From: Ktedonobacterales bacterium
GTDB lineage: Bacteria > Chloroflexota > Ktedonobacteria > Ktedonobacterales > JADMIN01
DNA: 32,000 nt
Direction: 5' to 3'
Assembly: GCA_030167145.1 (NCBI GenBank)
Contig: CP126532.1
Span: 3,360,001-3,392,000 of the forward strand
Within the stretch, counting starts at the first letter, position 1. Every line of letters starts with the position of its first letter. Under the pieces are notes generated by a model. That model saw nothing but the letters and a program-made list of their open reading frames with translations, searched no databases and was not told the DNA's origin. The position numbers were made by a program, and so were the translations under genes. Positions 14,153-22,101 of the stretch are shown here, in pieces.

Positions 14153-16558
14153 ATGGGAAGAACCATGGCGGCACAGGCACGGACGGCGAAGACTCCGAAG
14201 ACGGTGGAGAAACCTTTGGAGAAGCGGGCGGCGGCGGCGGGCGAAGCAGTCAAGGCGGAGAGAACGTTGACGCGCGTGGCGTTGCCGTGCTCGATCAGGA
14301 TTGTGGACGAGGAGCGGCGCGAGGTGGAGATCTGCGCGACGAGTGAGGCGCTGGACTCGTATGGGACGGTCTTCGACTATGACGCGAGCAAAGACGCCTT
14401 CACGCGGTGGATCGGCAATGTGCGCGAGATGCACGAGAGGAAGGCTGTGGGCCAGCGGGTGGCGGTGCGCTACGATGATGACGCGCGGAAGGTGTACGCG
14501 CGGGTGCGCATCAGCGCGGGGGCGGAGGACACCTGGGAGAAGGTGAAGGACGGGACGCTGCGCGGGGCGAGCATCGGGGCAAGCAATGTGGAATGGCGCA
14601 CGCAGCGGCGCACGGTCGGCGGTGGCCTGGACGGCAGAGAGACGGATGTGCCGGTGGCGACGCGCTACGATCTGGTGGAACTGAGCTTGGTGGACAATCC
14701 GAGCAACCCGGATGCGGTGGGCGTGACGTTCATCCGCAATGGCGAGGTGGACGCTGAGCGGCTGGAATATCTGCAATCGCTGGTCGGAGACTACGAAGGC
14801 GACGCCGAAGATGAGATGGATGGTGGGCTAGCTGGGGAGAACCGTACTGCTGTATCAGGCCCGGCTCCATCGTCCGTCCCCACCGTTGCCGCCGCTGGCC
14901 TTGGCTCAGCGGTTGCTACGCCAGCGCCCTCTATCATCGAGCGCAACGGCTCGCTTTCGACGGTGGACCCGGCGGAGGCGATAGCGGCGGCGGCGCTGAA
15001 ACGCGGAATGTCTGGGCTACGCCAGGTAGCTGCTGGTGAGACTGCAACGCCAGAGAGCGGTCAACTCTCGGCCTATCATGCGAAGCTGGCACGGCTCGGT
15101 GCGCCGGGGTACGCCAATTACGCCAATGGCGACAGTGCTGAGCGCGTGGCAGCCGCTCCGGCTCCAGGCCAGGGGACATCTGGCTATGGCGTCCAGCAGG
15201 GCTACGACGTGGACGGCGATCATGAGTCGCCGGACGACTACATCAGCATTCAATCGGGACCGACGGCGGGCGCGGTGATGGCGCCCTCGCCTGAAGGCTC
15301 GGTGGCGCATATGGCGCACAGCCACCACCACACCGGCAGGTACGATGACCCAGCGGACCATACGGAGATCTCGGCGCACATGCACCAGGATGGGACGTCG
15401 CACACGCACGAGCATGTGATGGACCATCAGCACGGCGGGCATGAGGGGTTCCCGAACGGCCATACGCACCCGCACGTGCATGTGCCGGAGCACTCGCACG
15501 TCTACCGCTGCGCCGATGGGGAGCCGCTAGACCCACGGGTGCTTGCGCCGGAGGAGGCGCGGAAGCTCGCGTATGTCTCGGCGGCGGCATTCCGCAGCGT
15601 CGGCGGCATCGAGGGTCAGGCGCTCAGCGATGAGCAGTTTCGCGCGGCTGTCGTGCATCATCTGCGGCTGGCTCAGGGACGGCTCGATTCCCCGGCCAGC
15701 GAGCAAGCTGCTACGCATACCGCTGTTACCCAAGCTGATGCGGGTACGGCGGCGGTGGAAAGCCGTGCGCTTGGGCCATACTCACGCAATCCAGGCGGGC
15801 CAGCGGACGCGGGGACGCCGGATATGGTGGACGCAGCGGCGACGGAAACACTCACAGGCGAGGCTGCGCTCGGTGATGGCAACGGCGGTATGCCTGCCCT
15901 GGGTGATGTGGCGGAATGGCTCACACGGCGGGGGACGTGTCCGCTGTGCCAGGGGCAGGTGCGGGCGCTGGACCGCGATGGGAAAGCGATAGCGGGGGCT
16001 GATGCCAATGGTGCGGTCGCCGCTGAGAACGCGGCTGCTATGGCAGGACAAGGCACGCTGGATGTCTCGACGCCGCCGGATGGCTGGACCGGGCGCGGGC
16101 GTCAGCCTGACGCCCCTACGTCTTCCACTGGCACTCCCAAGGCTGCCTACTCTGCTGAGCCAACCATGTATCAGTCGGTGTTCGCGCAGACACTGACCAG
16201 TGAGGTGACGCGGGCGGTGGAGGCACAAACTCGCATCATGGCGGCGGCGCTGGGCGATCTGAAAGAGCGGCTGGCACGCATCGAGGCGCAACCGCAGGCG
16301 GGTGGTCCGGTGCTACGCGCGGCGGAGAAGTCCACGGCGCTGCATCCAAACGGGACTGCTGGCACACAGGGCGCGCCGGGCGCGGGTGAGCAGATACGGG
16401 CGCTGGAGGCGTTGGCGGGGCGGGTGACGGACCCACAGATACAGGTGGCGCTGGCGGCGGAGATGATCCGCTTGCAGCAGGAGCAGGCGGGTCTCCCTCC
16501 GGCGATGATGGTGATGCCCAGGGCTGGCCTCGACGTGACGCGGCGGCAATTCCCTTGA
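14153..16558 (+). CDS. Prohead (HK97-type, S78/U35-like) protease fused to a long His-rich and scaffold-like region (801 aa)
   Basis: ATG at 14153 follows AGGTGAGG. Residues ~45-190 resemble the HK97 prohead protease family (CATSEALDSYGTVFDYDA..., NVREMHERK, LRGASIGAS, YDLVELSLVDNPSNPDAVG). Residues 386-450 are His-rich. Residues ~670-801 are helical and scaffold-like (QTRIMAAALGDLKERLARIEAQ; EMIRLQQEQAG). Confidence 0.85.
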   Translation: MGRTMAAQARTAKTPKTVEKPLEKRAAAAGEAVKAERTLTRVALPCSIRIVDEERREVEICATSEALDSYGTVFDYDASKDAFTRWIGNVREMHERKAVGQRVAVRYDDDARKVYARVRISAGAEDTWEKVKDGTLRGASIGASNVEWRTQRRTVGGGLDGRETDVPVATRYDLVELSLVDNPSNPDAVGVTFIRNGEVDAERLEYLQSLVGDYEGDAEDEMDGGLAGENRTAVSGPAPSSVPTVAAAGLGSAVATPAPSIIERNGSLSTVDPAEAIAAAALKRGMSGLRQVAAGETATPESGQLSAYHAKLARLGAPGYANYANGDSAERVAAAPAPGQGTSGYGVQQGYDVDGDHESPDDYISIQSGPTAGAVMAPSPEGSVAHMAHSHHHTGRYDDPADHTEISAHMHQDGTSHTHEHVMDHQHGGHEGFPNGHTHPHVHVPEHSHVYRCADGEPLDPRVLAPEEARKLAYVSAAAFRSVGGIEGQALSDEQFRAAVVHHLRLAQGRLDSPASEQAATHTAVTQADAGTAAVESRALGPYSRNPGGPADAGTPDMVDAAATETLTGEAALGDGNGGMPALGDVAEWLTRRGTCPLCQGQVRALDRDGKAIAGADANGAVAAENAAAMAGQGTLDVSTPPDGWTGRGRQPDAPTSSTGTPKAAYSAEPTMYQSVFAQTLTSEVTRAVEAQTRIMAAALGDLKERLARIEAQPQAGGPVLRAAEKSTALHPNGTAGTQGAPGAGEQIRALEALAGRVTDPQIQVALAAEMIRLQQEQAGLPPAMMVMPRAGLDVTRRQFP
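16097..16117. repeat. 21-nt palindromic element (family D), copy inside the protease-scaffold CDS
   Basis: gggcgtcagcctgacgcccct is identical to 18600-18620. The stem is GGCGTCA/TGACGCC. It encodes GRQPDAP in both host genes. Confidence 0.6.
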
Positions 16559-16658
16559 TTCCCTTGATGACGGCTCAGCCATGAGCTGAGAAACACATAG
16601 ATGTGGCGATTTCTTCGTGCGGATGGATGTGGTGGTTTGGGGAGGGTAGGTAACGTAG

Positions 16659-18194
16659 GTGGCGGGAGCGATTGCGACAAGTCCATTTTTTGGTGGGGGC
16701 CAGGTGGGGCCGACGATTACGGATGAGACGGTGGCGCTGGTGCGCACGGCGATGGCGGAGACCTCGCGGGCGATTACGGCCGCTTCGGGGCTGATCGGCT
16801 ACGAACTGGAAGCGCCAGCCAAGGTCGTGGTGCCGGTGATTACGCCGCTGGTGAACATGCTGCCGAGGCGCAAGGGCAACGGCGTGGACGTGGTCCACTG
16901 GAAGGCGATCACATCGTTCGACACGGCACGCAACTGGGGCACGCTGGCGGATGGCGGCACACCTCAATCTGTCACCTATCAGGTGGCGCAGATGCAGAAC
17001 ACGCTGCAAACCATCTCGCTGATGAACTCGGTGAGCTTCCAGGCGCAGTGGCGTGGACGTTCCCTCGAAGCGGATGTGCGGGCGCGGCGGGTGGCCGAAC
17101 TGCTCTATCAGCTCAAGATCACCGAAGAGCGGTGGCTGCTGGGTGGCTCGGCGCTGCTGATGACGCCGCCGACCCCGGACCTGACCACGCCGGCGACTGG
17201 TGGGACGGTGGCGGCGGGGACGTATTGGGTGGCGGTGACGGCGAAGAACGCCCAGGGTGAGACCCAGGCCGGAACGACCTTCGCCAAGATCGTGACGACG
17301 GGCACGACTTCGACGGTGACGGTGATCATCTACACCGTGCCCAACGCCACCCAGTACAACGTCTACATCGGCTCCGGCGGCTCGCAGCCCGCGACCAGCG
17401 CCATGTGGCTGCAAGCGGGGATTTCGGGGGCGAATGCGGCGCAACCGGCGACGGGGGCGAGCGTGACGCTGGCCGACGGCGTGACGGTGATGCCGTCGGG
17501 CGAGGTGCAACCGGCGTACCTGACGGTGACGCTGACGGCTCCGCCCGCGACGAGTGGCACGGCGCTTTCCACGGTGGCTGCGAACACCGCCAAGACGTTC
17601 GTGGACGGCTCGAACAACATCCTGATGTGGGATGGGCTGATTGCGCAGGCGATCAACAACCAGGGGACGGGCAACGGCGCGACGCTGGGCGCACAGGTGG
17701 CGCAACCAGCGGCGGCGACGGGCCTGCTGGCCTTGTCGGACATTGATAACCTGCTGGCGGCGATGTACTTGCAGGCGGCGGGCGATCCCGACTACATCAT
17801 CATGAACCCGCTGGACAACGTGCGACTGACCAATCTGGTGGTCGGCGCGGGGCAACTGCGGTATGTGGTGCAGCAGCAGGGCGGGGACAACGGCGATCTC
17901 ACGGCGCAGTATCGCGTCACGCGGTATCTGAACAAGAGCACCGGCAAAGAGATGCCGATCATTCTGGATAGGTACTGTCCGCAGGGGACGATGGTCTTCC
18001 TGCCGATGAGCATTCCGTTCCCGGTGCCGGAAGTCTCCAACGCGGTGGAGATTGAGACGAACCAGGAATACTGGGGCGTAGACTTCGCGATCACCGACGC
18101 CAACTTCAAGTTCGCCGACTTCGTGGAAGAGACGGTGAAAGTCTACTTCCTCGGCGGCTTGGGCGTGCTGCGGGGCATCTACCCGTCGTTCTAA
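16659..18194 (+). CDS. Major capsid protein, HK97-fold-like, with an inserted FN3/Ig-like domain (511 aa)
   Basis: GTG start at 16659 with GGAGGG 12 nt upstream. It sits directly after the protease. Capsid-family style segments are QMQNTLQTISLMNSVSFQAQWRGRSL, ITEERWLLGG and PDYIIMNPLDNVRLTNL. Residues ~168-305 (nt ~17160-17573) look like an FN3/Ig insertion (AGTYWVAVTAKNAQGETQ...TVIIYTVPNATQYNVYIG). A strong terminator follows. Confidence 0.9.
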   Translation: MAGAIATSPFFGGGQVGPTITDETVALVRTAMAETSRAITAASGLIGYELEAPAKVVVPVITPLVNMLPRRKGNGVDVVHWKAITSFDTARNWGTLADGGTPQSVTYQVAQMQNTLQTISLMNSVSFQAQWRGRSLEADVRARRVAELLYQLKITEERWLLGGSALLMTPPTPDLTTPATGGTVAAGTYWVAVTAKNAQGETQAGTTFAKIVTTGTTSTVTVIIYTVPNATQYNVYIGSGGSQPATSAMWLQAGISGANAAQPATGASVTLADGVTVMPSGEVQPAYLTVTLTAPPATSGTALSTVAANTAKTFVDGSNNILMWDGLIAQAINNQGTGNGATLGAQVAQPAAATGLLALSDIDNLLAAMYLQAAGDPDYIIMNPLDNVRLTNLVVGAGQLRYVVQQQGGDNGDLTAQYRVTRYLNKSTGKEMPIILDRYCPQGTMVFLPMSIPFPVPEVSNAVEIETNQEYWGVDFAITDANFKFADFVEETVKVYFLGGLGVLRGIYPSF

Positions 18195-18243
18195 GCGTAT
18201 TGTAAGCCCCTGCGCTACGGCGCGGGGCGTCTCCCAACTCACA

Positions 18244-18280
18244 GGGCTGGTCGGTCACCCCACCGGCCAGCCCGCTTTTT
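18244..18280 (+). terminator. Rho-independent terminator after the capsid gene
   Basis: GGGCTGGTCGGT-cacccc-ACCGGCCAGCCC forms a 12-bp stem with one G-U pair, followed by gcTTTTT. The stem sequence is related to the family F hairpins at 8693 and 9475. Confidence 0.75.
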
Positions 18281-18290
18281 CGGCTCAGCC

Positions 18291-18701
18291 ATGTCAGACA
18301 GCAGTCAGACAGCAGTCAGGATGGTGGAACAGATGTTCGGGATATTTGCGAAGGCGGGGGCATATGCCAATTTGTCACCGGCGGCGCGGGCGACGTTGCG
18401 GTATGTGGAGGTGCAGGCGTTGGGCATCGCGCTTTCGGGGTTGCAGGCGGTGACGCCGCTGCTGTCGAATCCTGATCCGGCGGCGATCCCGTGGGCGAGC
18501 GTGGCGCATACGTTCGTGACGACGGTGGTGCTGTCGCTGGCGGCGGCGGGGGCGAAGTATTACAAGGCGCAGGGCGACCCGCCGATACCGCTCGCGGGAG
18601 GGCGTCAGCCTGACGCCCCTCTTCGGAACGACTCAGAGGGACTGCGCTCCGCTGGTCCTACGCCTGCGGTTGCTCCTCCGGCTGCGCCTCCAGTGGCATG
18701 A
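18291..18701 (+). CDS. Hypothetical protein with two hydrophobic segments (136 aa); the C-terminal tail is built from repeat elements
   Basis: ATG at 18291 has no clear RBS, and an alternative ATG lies at 18321. Hydrophobic segments are VEVQALGIALSGLQAVTPLL and FVTTVVLSLAAAGA. The C-terminal GGRQPDAPLRNDSEGLRSAG is encoded by the family D plus family C elements. Confidence 0.5.
   Translation: MSDSSQTAVRMVEQMFGIFAKAGAYANLSPAARATLRYVEVQALGIALSGLQAVTPLLSNPDPAAIPWASVAHTFVTTVVLSLAAAGAKYYKAQGDPPIPLAGGRQPDAPLRNDSEGLRSAGPTPAVAPPAAPPVA
18600..18655 (+). repeat. Composite family D plus family C (copy 5) element inside a CDS
   Basis: gggcgtcagcctgacgcccct overlaps ccctcttcggaacgactcagagggactgcgctccgctgg. 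Confidence 0.65.
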
Positions 18702-18714
18702 GCGGAGCTTGCAA

Positions 18715-18987
18715 ATGTTCAGGCAGGCGGGGATAGATACGGCGGTGCTGGAAGAACTGCGGGCGATCCGCGCGGAGATCCACGAGCTGGCGGAGAAGGT
18801 GGGGCAGGCGGCGACGCGGGATGATCTGGCGGACTACGTGACACGCGAGGCGTTTGACGCGCATGTGAACCAGCACAAAGAGCGGGTGGCGGACTGGCGG
18901 TTCTGGCTGCCGTATGCGCTGACCGCGTTGATGTTTGTGCTGTATGTGATGCAAGACCTGGGTGTGCGGCTCGTAGCAGGCCGATAG
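18715..18987 (+). CDS. Hypothetical coiled-coil protein with a C-terminal TM anchor (90 aa)
   Basis: I preferred ATG 18715 (GGAG 7 nt upstream, just after the 18701 stop) over the track start at 18670. The sequence is MFRQAGIDTAVLEELRAIRAEIHELAEKVG...WRFWLPYALTALMFVLYVM. Confidence 0.5.
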   Translation: MFRQAGIDTAVLEELRAIRAEIHELAEKVGQAATRDDLADYVTREAFDAHVNQHKERVADWRFWLPYALTALMFVLYVMQDLGVRLVAGR

Positions 18988-19006
18988 GTAGGGAGGTGAG
19001 GCGAGA

Positions 19007-19933
19007 ATGGCGGCGACACTGGGACTCAGCGCCTACATAGATGTGCCGACCTATCTGCGTAGCCCTGTCAATCAGGAGACGGTGACGCTGCTGGGGCTGA
19101 ATACGACGCTCAGCGCGGGCAGCACGCCAGCGGGTACAACGGCGCTGGGTGTGGTCTCGTCTACCGGCTGGGCGGTGGGTACGGCGTGGCTGCTGGATGG
19201 TCCGTACTCGGAGATCGTCACGATTACGGGGAGCGCAGACGGCACGCATGTGACGCTGGCGGCGCCTGGAACACAGTTCGCGCATGGGTTGGGCGCGAGC
19301 ATCTCGCAGGCGGGGACGGCGGGCAGCCTCGCGGAGACGCTGCTGCGGGCCAGCGCGTGGGTGGAGAACTACTGCCAGCAGGGGACGGGCGGCGGGGATA
19401 GGTCGCTGTATGCTGTGGCGCGGACGGAGCGATGGGGTATGCCGTCTACACGCGCGTACATTGACCGTGACAACGTGGTGGCGGTGATGCCTGGGCACTT
19501 CCCGGTGCAGAGTGTCAGCGCGCTCTCCATCGAGTTTGGGCAGGGGCAGAGCCTGAGCCTGGATGTGTCGCAGCTCGAGGAGATGACGGTGGGGCGGATG
19601 GTGGAAGTGCCGTATCTGCTGGCGGGTGGTCCGACGGTGGGGCAACAACTGTTCCTCGACACGGTGGGTCTCTCGCGGACCAGAAGGCAATGGGCGGTGC
19701 TGAGCTACGTGGGCGGCATTACACCCGGCAGCATCCCCTACGATGTGCAGCAGGCGGCGGCGCTGATCGCCTCGGAGGTATTGGGGCAGCGCAGGAATCC
19801 GACGGGGGCAGCGGAGTACAAGCTCGGCAAACTGGACGTGGTGCAGCGGCAACGCGGGGATGCCGTCGGCGATAGCATCCTGCTGCTGCGCGCCAGGGAT
19901 TTGTTGCAACCGTACCGCAGCGAGGTGTGGTGA
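19007..19933 (+). CDS. Putative head-tail connector / head-completion protein with an N-terminal extension (308 aa)
   Basis: ATG at 19007 follows GGGAGGTGAGG. The central segment LAETLLRASAWVENYCQQ resembles gp6-type head-tail connector proteins. The position after the capsid gene fits. The assignment is motif-level only. Confidence 0.55.
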   Translation: MAATLGLSAYIDVPTYLRSPVNQETVTLLGLNTTLSAGSTPAGTTALGVVSSTGWAVGTAWLLDGPYSEIVTITGSADGTHVTLAAPGTQFAHGLGASISQAGTAGSLAETLLRASAWVENYCQQGTGGGDRSLYAVARTERWGMPSTRAYIDRDNVVAVMPGHFPVQSVSALSIEFGQGQSLSLDVSQLEEMTVGRMVEVPYLLAGGPTVGQQLFLDTVGLSRTRRQWAVLSYVGGITPGSIPYDVQQAAALIASEVLGQRRNPTGAAEYKLGKLDVVQRQRGDAVGDSILLLRARDLLQPYRSEVW

Positions 19934-19991
19934 TGGGCGCACGCCACGCCAGGAGGGCGCACACCATGCGCCCCTACTTTCCATAAAGTTC

Positions 19992-20028
19992 GGTATTTCG
20001 GATGTGCTTTGAGTACACGAGAAATACC
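19992..20028 (+). promoter_or_regulatory. Hairpin in a lower-GC gap inside the head operon
   Basis: The stem is GGTATTTC (19992-19999) / GAAATACC (20021-20028) with a 21-nt loop. It is followed by GGGAGG and a 5-codon mini-ORF (ATG 20049, MWPGL stop). The 19934-20114 gap is the only sizeable intergenic gap in the operon. Confidence 0.3.
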
Positions 20029-20114
20029 AAAGTGGGAGGTAAAGCCGTATGTGGCCTGGGCTGTGATAGATTTTGTGATTTTTCGCGCGTGACATGCAAA
20101 CAGAGGCGGCGGCG

Positions 20115-20219
20115 ATGTTCATTGGCGTGCTGGCAATCCTTGCCGCTGTCGTGCTGGCTGTGGCTCCCATCGTTGCGGTGATGGTGATAGGCAGGAACGG
20201 TGATACGTCATGCTACTGA
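20115..20219 (+). CDS. Possible 34-aa hydrophobic micro-protein (below the ORF-track threshold)
   Basis: The ORF encodes MFIGVLAILAAVVLAVAPIVAVMVIGRNGDTSCY, a single predicted TM helix. Its stop (20217-20219) overlaps the ATG of the next gene (20210). The RBS is weak (agagg). Confidence 0.25.
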   Translation: MFIGVLAILAAVVLAVAPIVAVMVIGRNGDTSCY

Positions 20220-20521
20220 CGACGGTACGGCTGGAACGGCCGGAGGGGACGGTGCTGCTGCGGGGCATCTCGGTGCAGATTGAGCAGGCGACGGAACTGG
20301 CGCTCAACGATTTGGAGGGGGCGCGGAGCTACGATAGGTTCTGGCTCTACACACTGCAAGGCGTGCCGACCACGGCGATAGCGCGGCGGGATGTGCTGTT
20401 CGATGAGGTGAATGTGGACGCGGAGACGGGAACGCTGGCGAAATACAGGGTGAGCGGACTGGTGGAGACGTTTGCGGGCGATCATCAAGAGGCGCTGGTC
20501 GAACGGGTAGTGGGGAACTGA
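20210..20521 (+). CDS. Putative head-tail adaptor / head-closure protein (103 aa)
   Basis: Its size, its position, and a C-terminal pattern (KYRVSGLVETFAGDHQEALVERV) recall head-tail joining proteins. No stronger evidence. Confidence 0.5.
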   Translation: MLLTTVRLERPEGTVLLRGISVQIEQATELALNDLEGARSYDRFWLYTLQGVPTTAIARRDVLFDEVNVDAETGTLAKYRVSGLVETFAGDHQEALVERVVGN

Positions 20522-20528
20522 GGCGGAT

Positions 20529-22076
20529 ATGAGCAGGCGAGAGCGGCGCAAGCACAACCGAAAAGCTGGCAGCATTCCGGCGGGGGCGTCGCTGCGTCCG
20601 ATCACAAACCTACCCCCTAGCCCCCTCCCTACAAGGGAAGGGGGAAGGCCTGCCACGCCGCTCGCGGGCGCTTTCTCGGCCAACGGAGGGGCGACGAACC
20701 TGAGCGGTGGGAGCCAGATGCCGCCAGGGGAGCCGCTGCTGCCCAATGTGGGGGTGGTGCCGTCAGATGGTGGGCCGCGCCAGTTTGCGTACCCTGTCGG
20801 CTACAACATCGCGCAGCGGCCACGCGCCACCGAACAGACATCCTTCGAATCGCTCAGGAATCTGGCGTCGCTGTATGATGGTGTGCAGATCTGCGAACGG
20901 GTGTACTTCGATTTGCTGGGCAGGCTGGAACTGCGGGTGGCTCCGCGCGCGGACCTGCTGGCGGATGGCGAGGATGCGCGTGCGCCGAGGTGGCGCAATC
21001 CAGCGGCGGCGATTGAGGGCTTTCTGGAATGCCCCGACCGCGCGCAAGACCTAAGAAGCTGGCTGGTGGCGTTCGTCCGCGACATCCTCGAAGTGGACGC
21101 GATAGGTATCTATCGTAGGCGGGACCGCGCGGGCAGGCTCTACGCGCTGGAGCTCGTTGCTGGTGACACCTTGAAGCCCTTGATCGAGCAGCATGGCAGA
21201 ACGCCGCAGCCGCCGCAACCGGCGTACCAGCAATTCGTGTATGGCGTTCCGGCGGGGTGGTACACGACGGATGAGATAGATTATCTCAGAGAGACGGCGC
21301 GGACCGAAAGCGTGTATGGGTTGAGCCGGGTGGAACGGATCATCCTGCGGGTGAATCAGGCGCTCCGCAAGCAGGACTTCGATATGGCGCGGTTCACTGA
21401 TGGCAGCACGCCGCTGGGACTGATCGCGCCGCCCGCTGACCTGGCCTGGACACCGGAACAACTCAGAACGTTCGAGCAGACATTCAACGGGTTGCTGGCG
21501 GGCAACGACCAGATGCGCGTGCGGGCCAAGGCGCTACCCCCTGGCGCGACGTGGCAGAGCTTACTTGGCGATGACCCGCTGATCGCGTTTGACCGCTTCC
21601 TGCTGAACGTGACGGTGGCGGCGTTCGGTCTGACGATGGATGAGCTAGGCTTCACGGAGACGAGCAACCGCAGCACGGGACTGACGCAAGAGGGGGTGGT
21701 GTACCGGCGAGCGGTGGCTCCGGTGGCGGGGCTGGTGGCGGGCTATCTGACGCGCATCGTCCGGCGGGAGATAGACCCACGGTTCACGGTGAGCTTTGGG
21801 GGATTCGAGGAGCCAGAGGATTTCGCGGCGCGGGCCGAAGCGTTCGCGCGGCTGATACCGACGGGCGCCATCTCGCCGAGCGATGCGGCCAGAGCCTTGC
21901 ACTTGCCGGTGGCACACGAGACGCCCGCGTACATCCTGACGCGGATGGGTCCGGTGCTGGTGGATGACCTTATCACGGGCAAAGTGAAAGTGAATCCGGC
22001 GGCGGCGGCGGGCAGTGCTTCAGTGGGTGAGCCTGTGCCGGATGAGGAAGACGCGGCAGTGGGGAATGACCAGTAG
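20529..22076 (+). CDS. Portal protein (515 aa)
   Basis: ATG at 20529 with GAGG 5 nt upstream. Portal-family style segments are FESLRNLASLYDGVQICERVYFDLLGRLELRV, ILEVDAIGIYRRRDRAGRLYALELV, VYGLSRVERIILRVNQALRKQDFDMARFTDGSTPLGLI and NDQMRVRAKALPPGA. It lies adjacent to the terminase genes. Confidence 0.85.
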   Translation: MSRRERRKHNRKAGSIPAGASLRPITNLPPSPLPTREGGRPATPLAGAFSANGGATNLSGGSQMPPGEPLLPNVGVVPSDGGPRQFAYPVGYNIAQRPRATEQTSFESLRNLASLYDGVQICERVYFDLLGRLELRVAPRADLLADGEDARAPRWRNPAAAIEGFLECPDRAQDLRSWLVAFVRDILEVDAIGIYRRRDRAGRLYALELVAGDTLKPLIEQHGRTPQPPQPAYQQFVYGVPAGWYTTDEIDYLRETARTESVYGLSRVERIILRVNQALRKQDFDMARFTDGSTPLGLIAPPADLAWTPEQLRTFEQTFNGLLAGNDQMRVRAKALPPGATWQSLLGDDPLIAFDRFLLNVTVAAFGLTMDELGFTETSNRSTGLTQEGVVYRRAVAPVAGLVAGYLTRIVRREIDPRFTVSFGGFEEPEDFAARAEAFARLIPTGAISPSDAARALHLPVAHETPAYILTRMGPVLVDDLITGKVKVNPAAAAGSASVGEPVPDEEDAAVGNDQ

Positions 22077-22101
22077 GGCAAGCAAGGACGGCGGCACCGA
22101 C

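Noticed and set aside
14087-14776. 229-aa ORF on the minus strand
   Set aside because: It is antisense to the prohead protease domain, which has strong family motifs, and it is Arg/His-rich.
16575-18242. 555-aa ORF on the minus strand
   Set aside because: It is exactly antisense to the capsid gene. The translation is extremely Arg/His/Pro-rich with no motifs, which is typical of a GC-driven shadow ORF.
18719-20170. 483-aa ORF on the minus strand
   Set aside because: It is antisense to the connector-region genes, with Arg/Pro-rich composition, no RBS and no motifs.
20611-20650. Bulged hairpin CCCCCTCCCTacaAGGGAAGGGGG inside the portal N-terminus, as a further inserted element
   Set aside because: There is only one copy in the window and the pairing is imperfect. 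It may simply reflect Pro/Gly-rich coding sequence.
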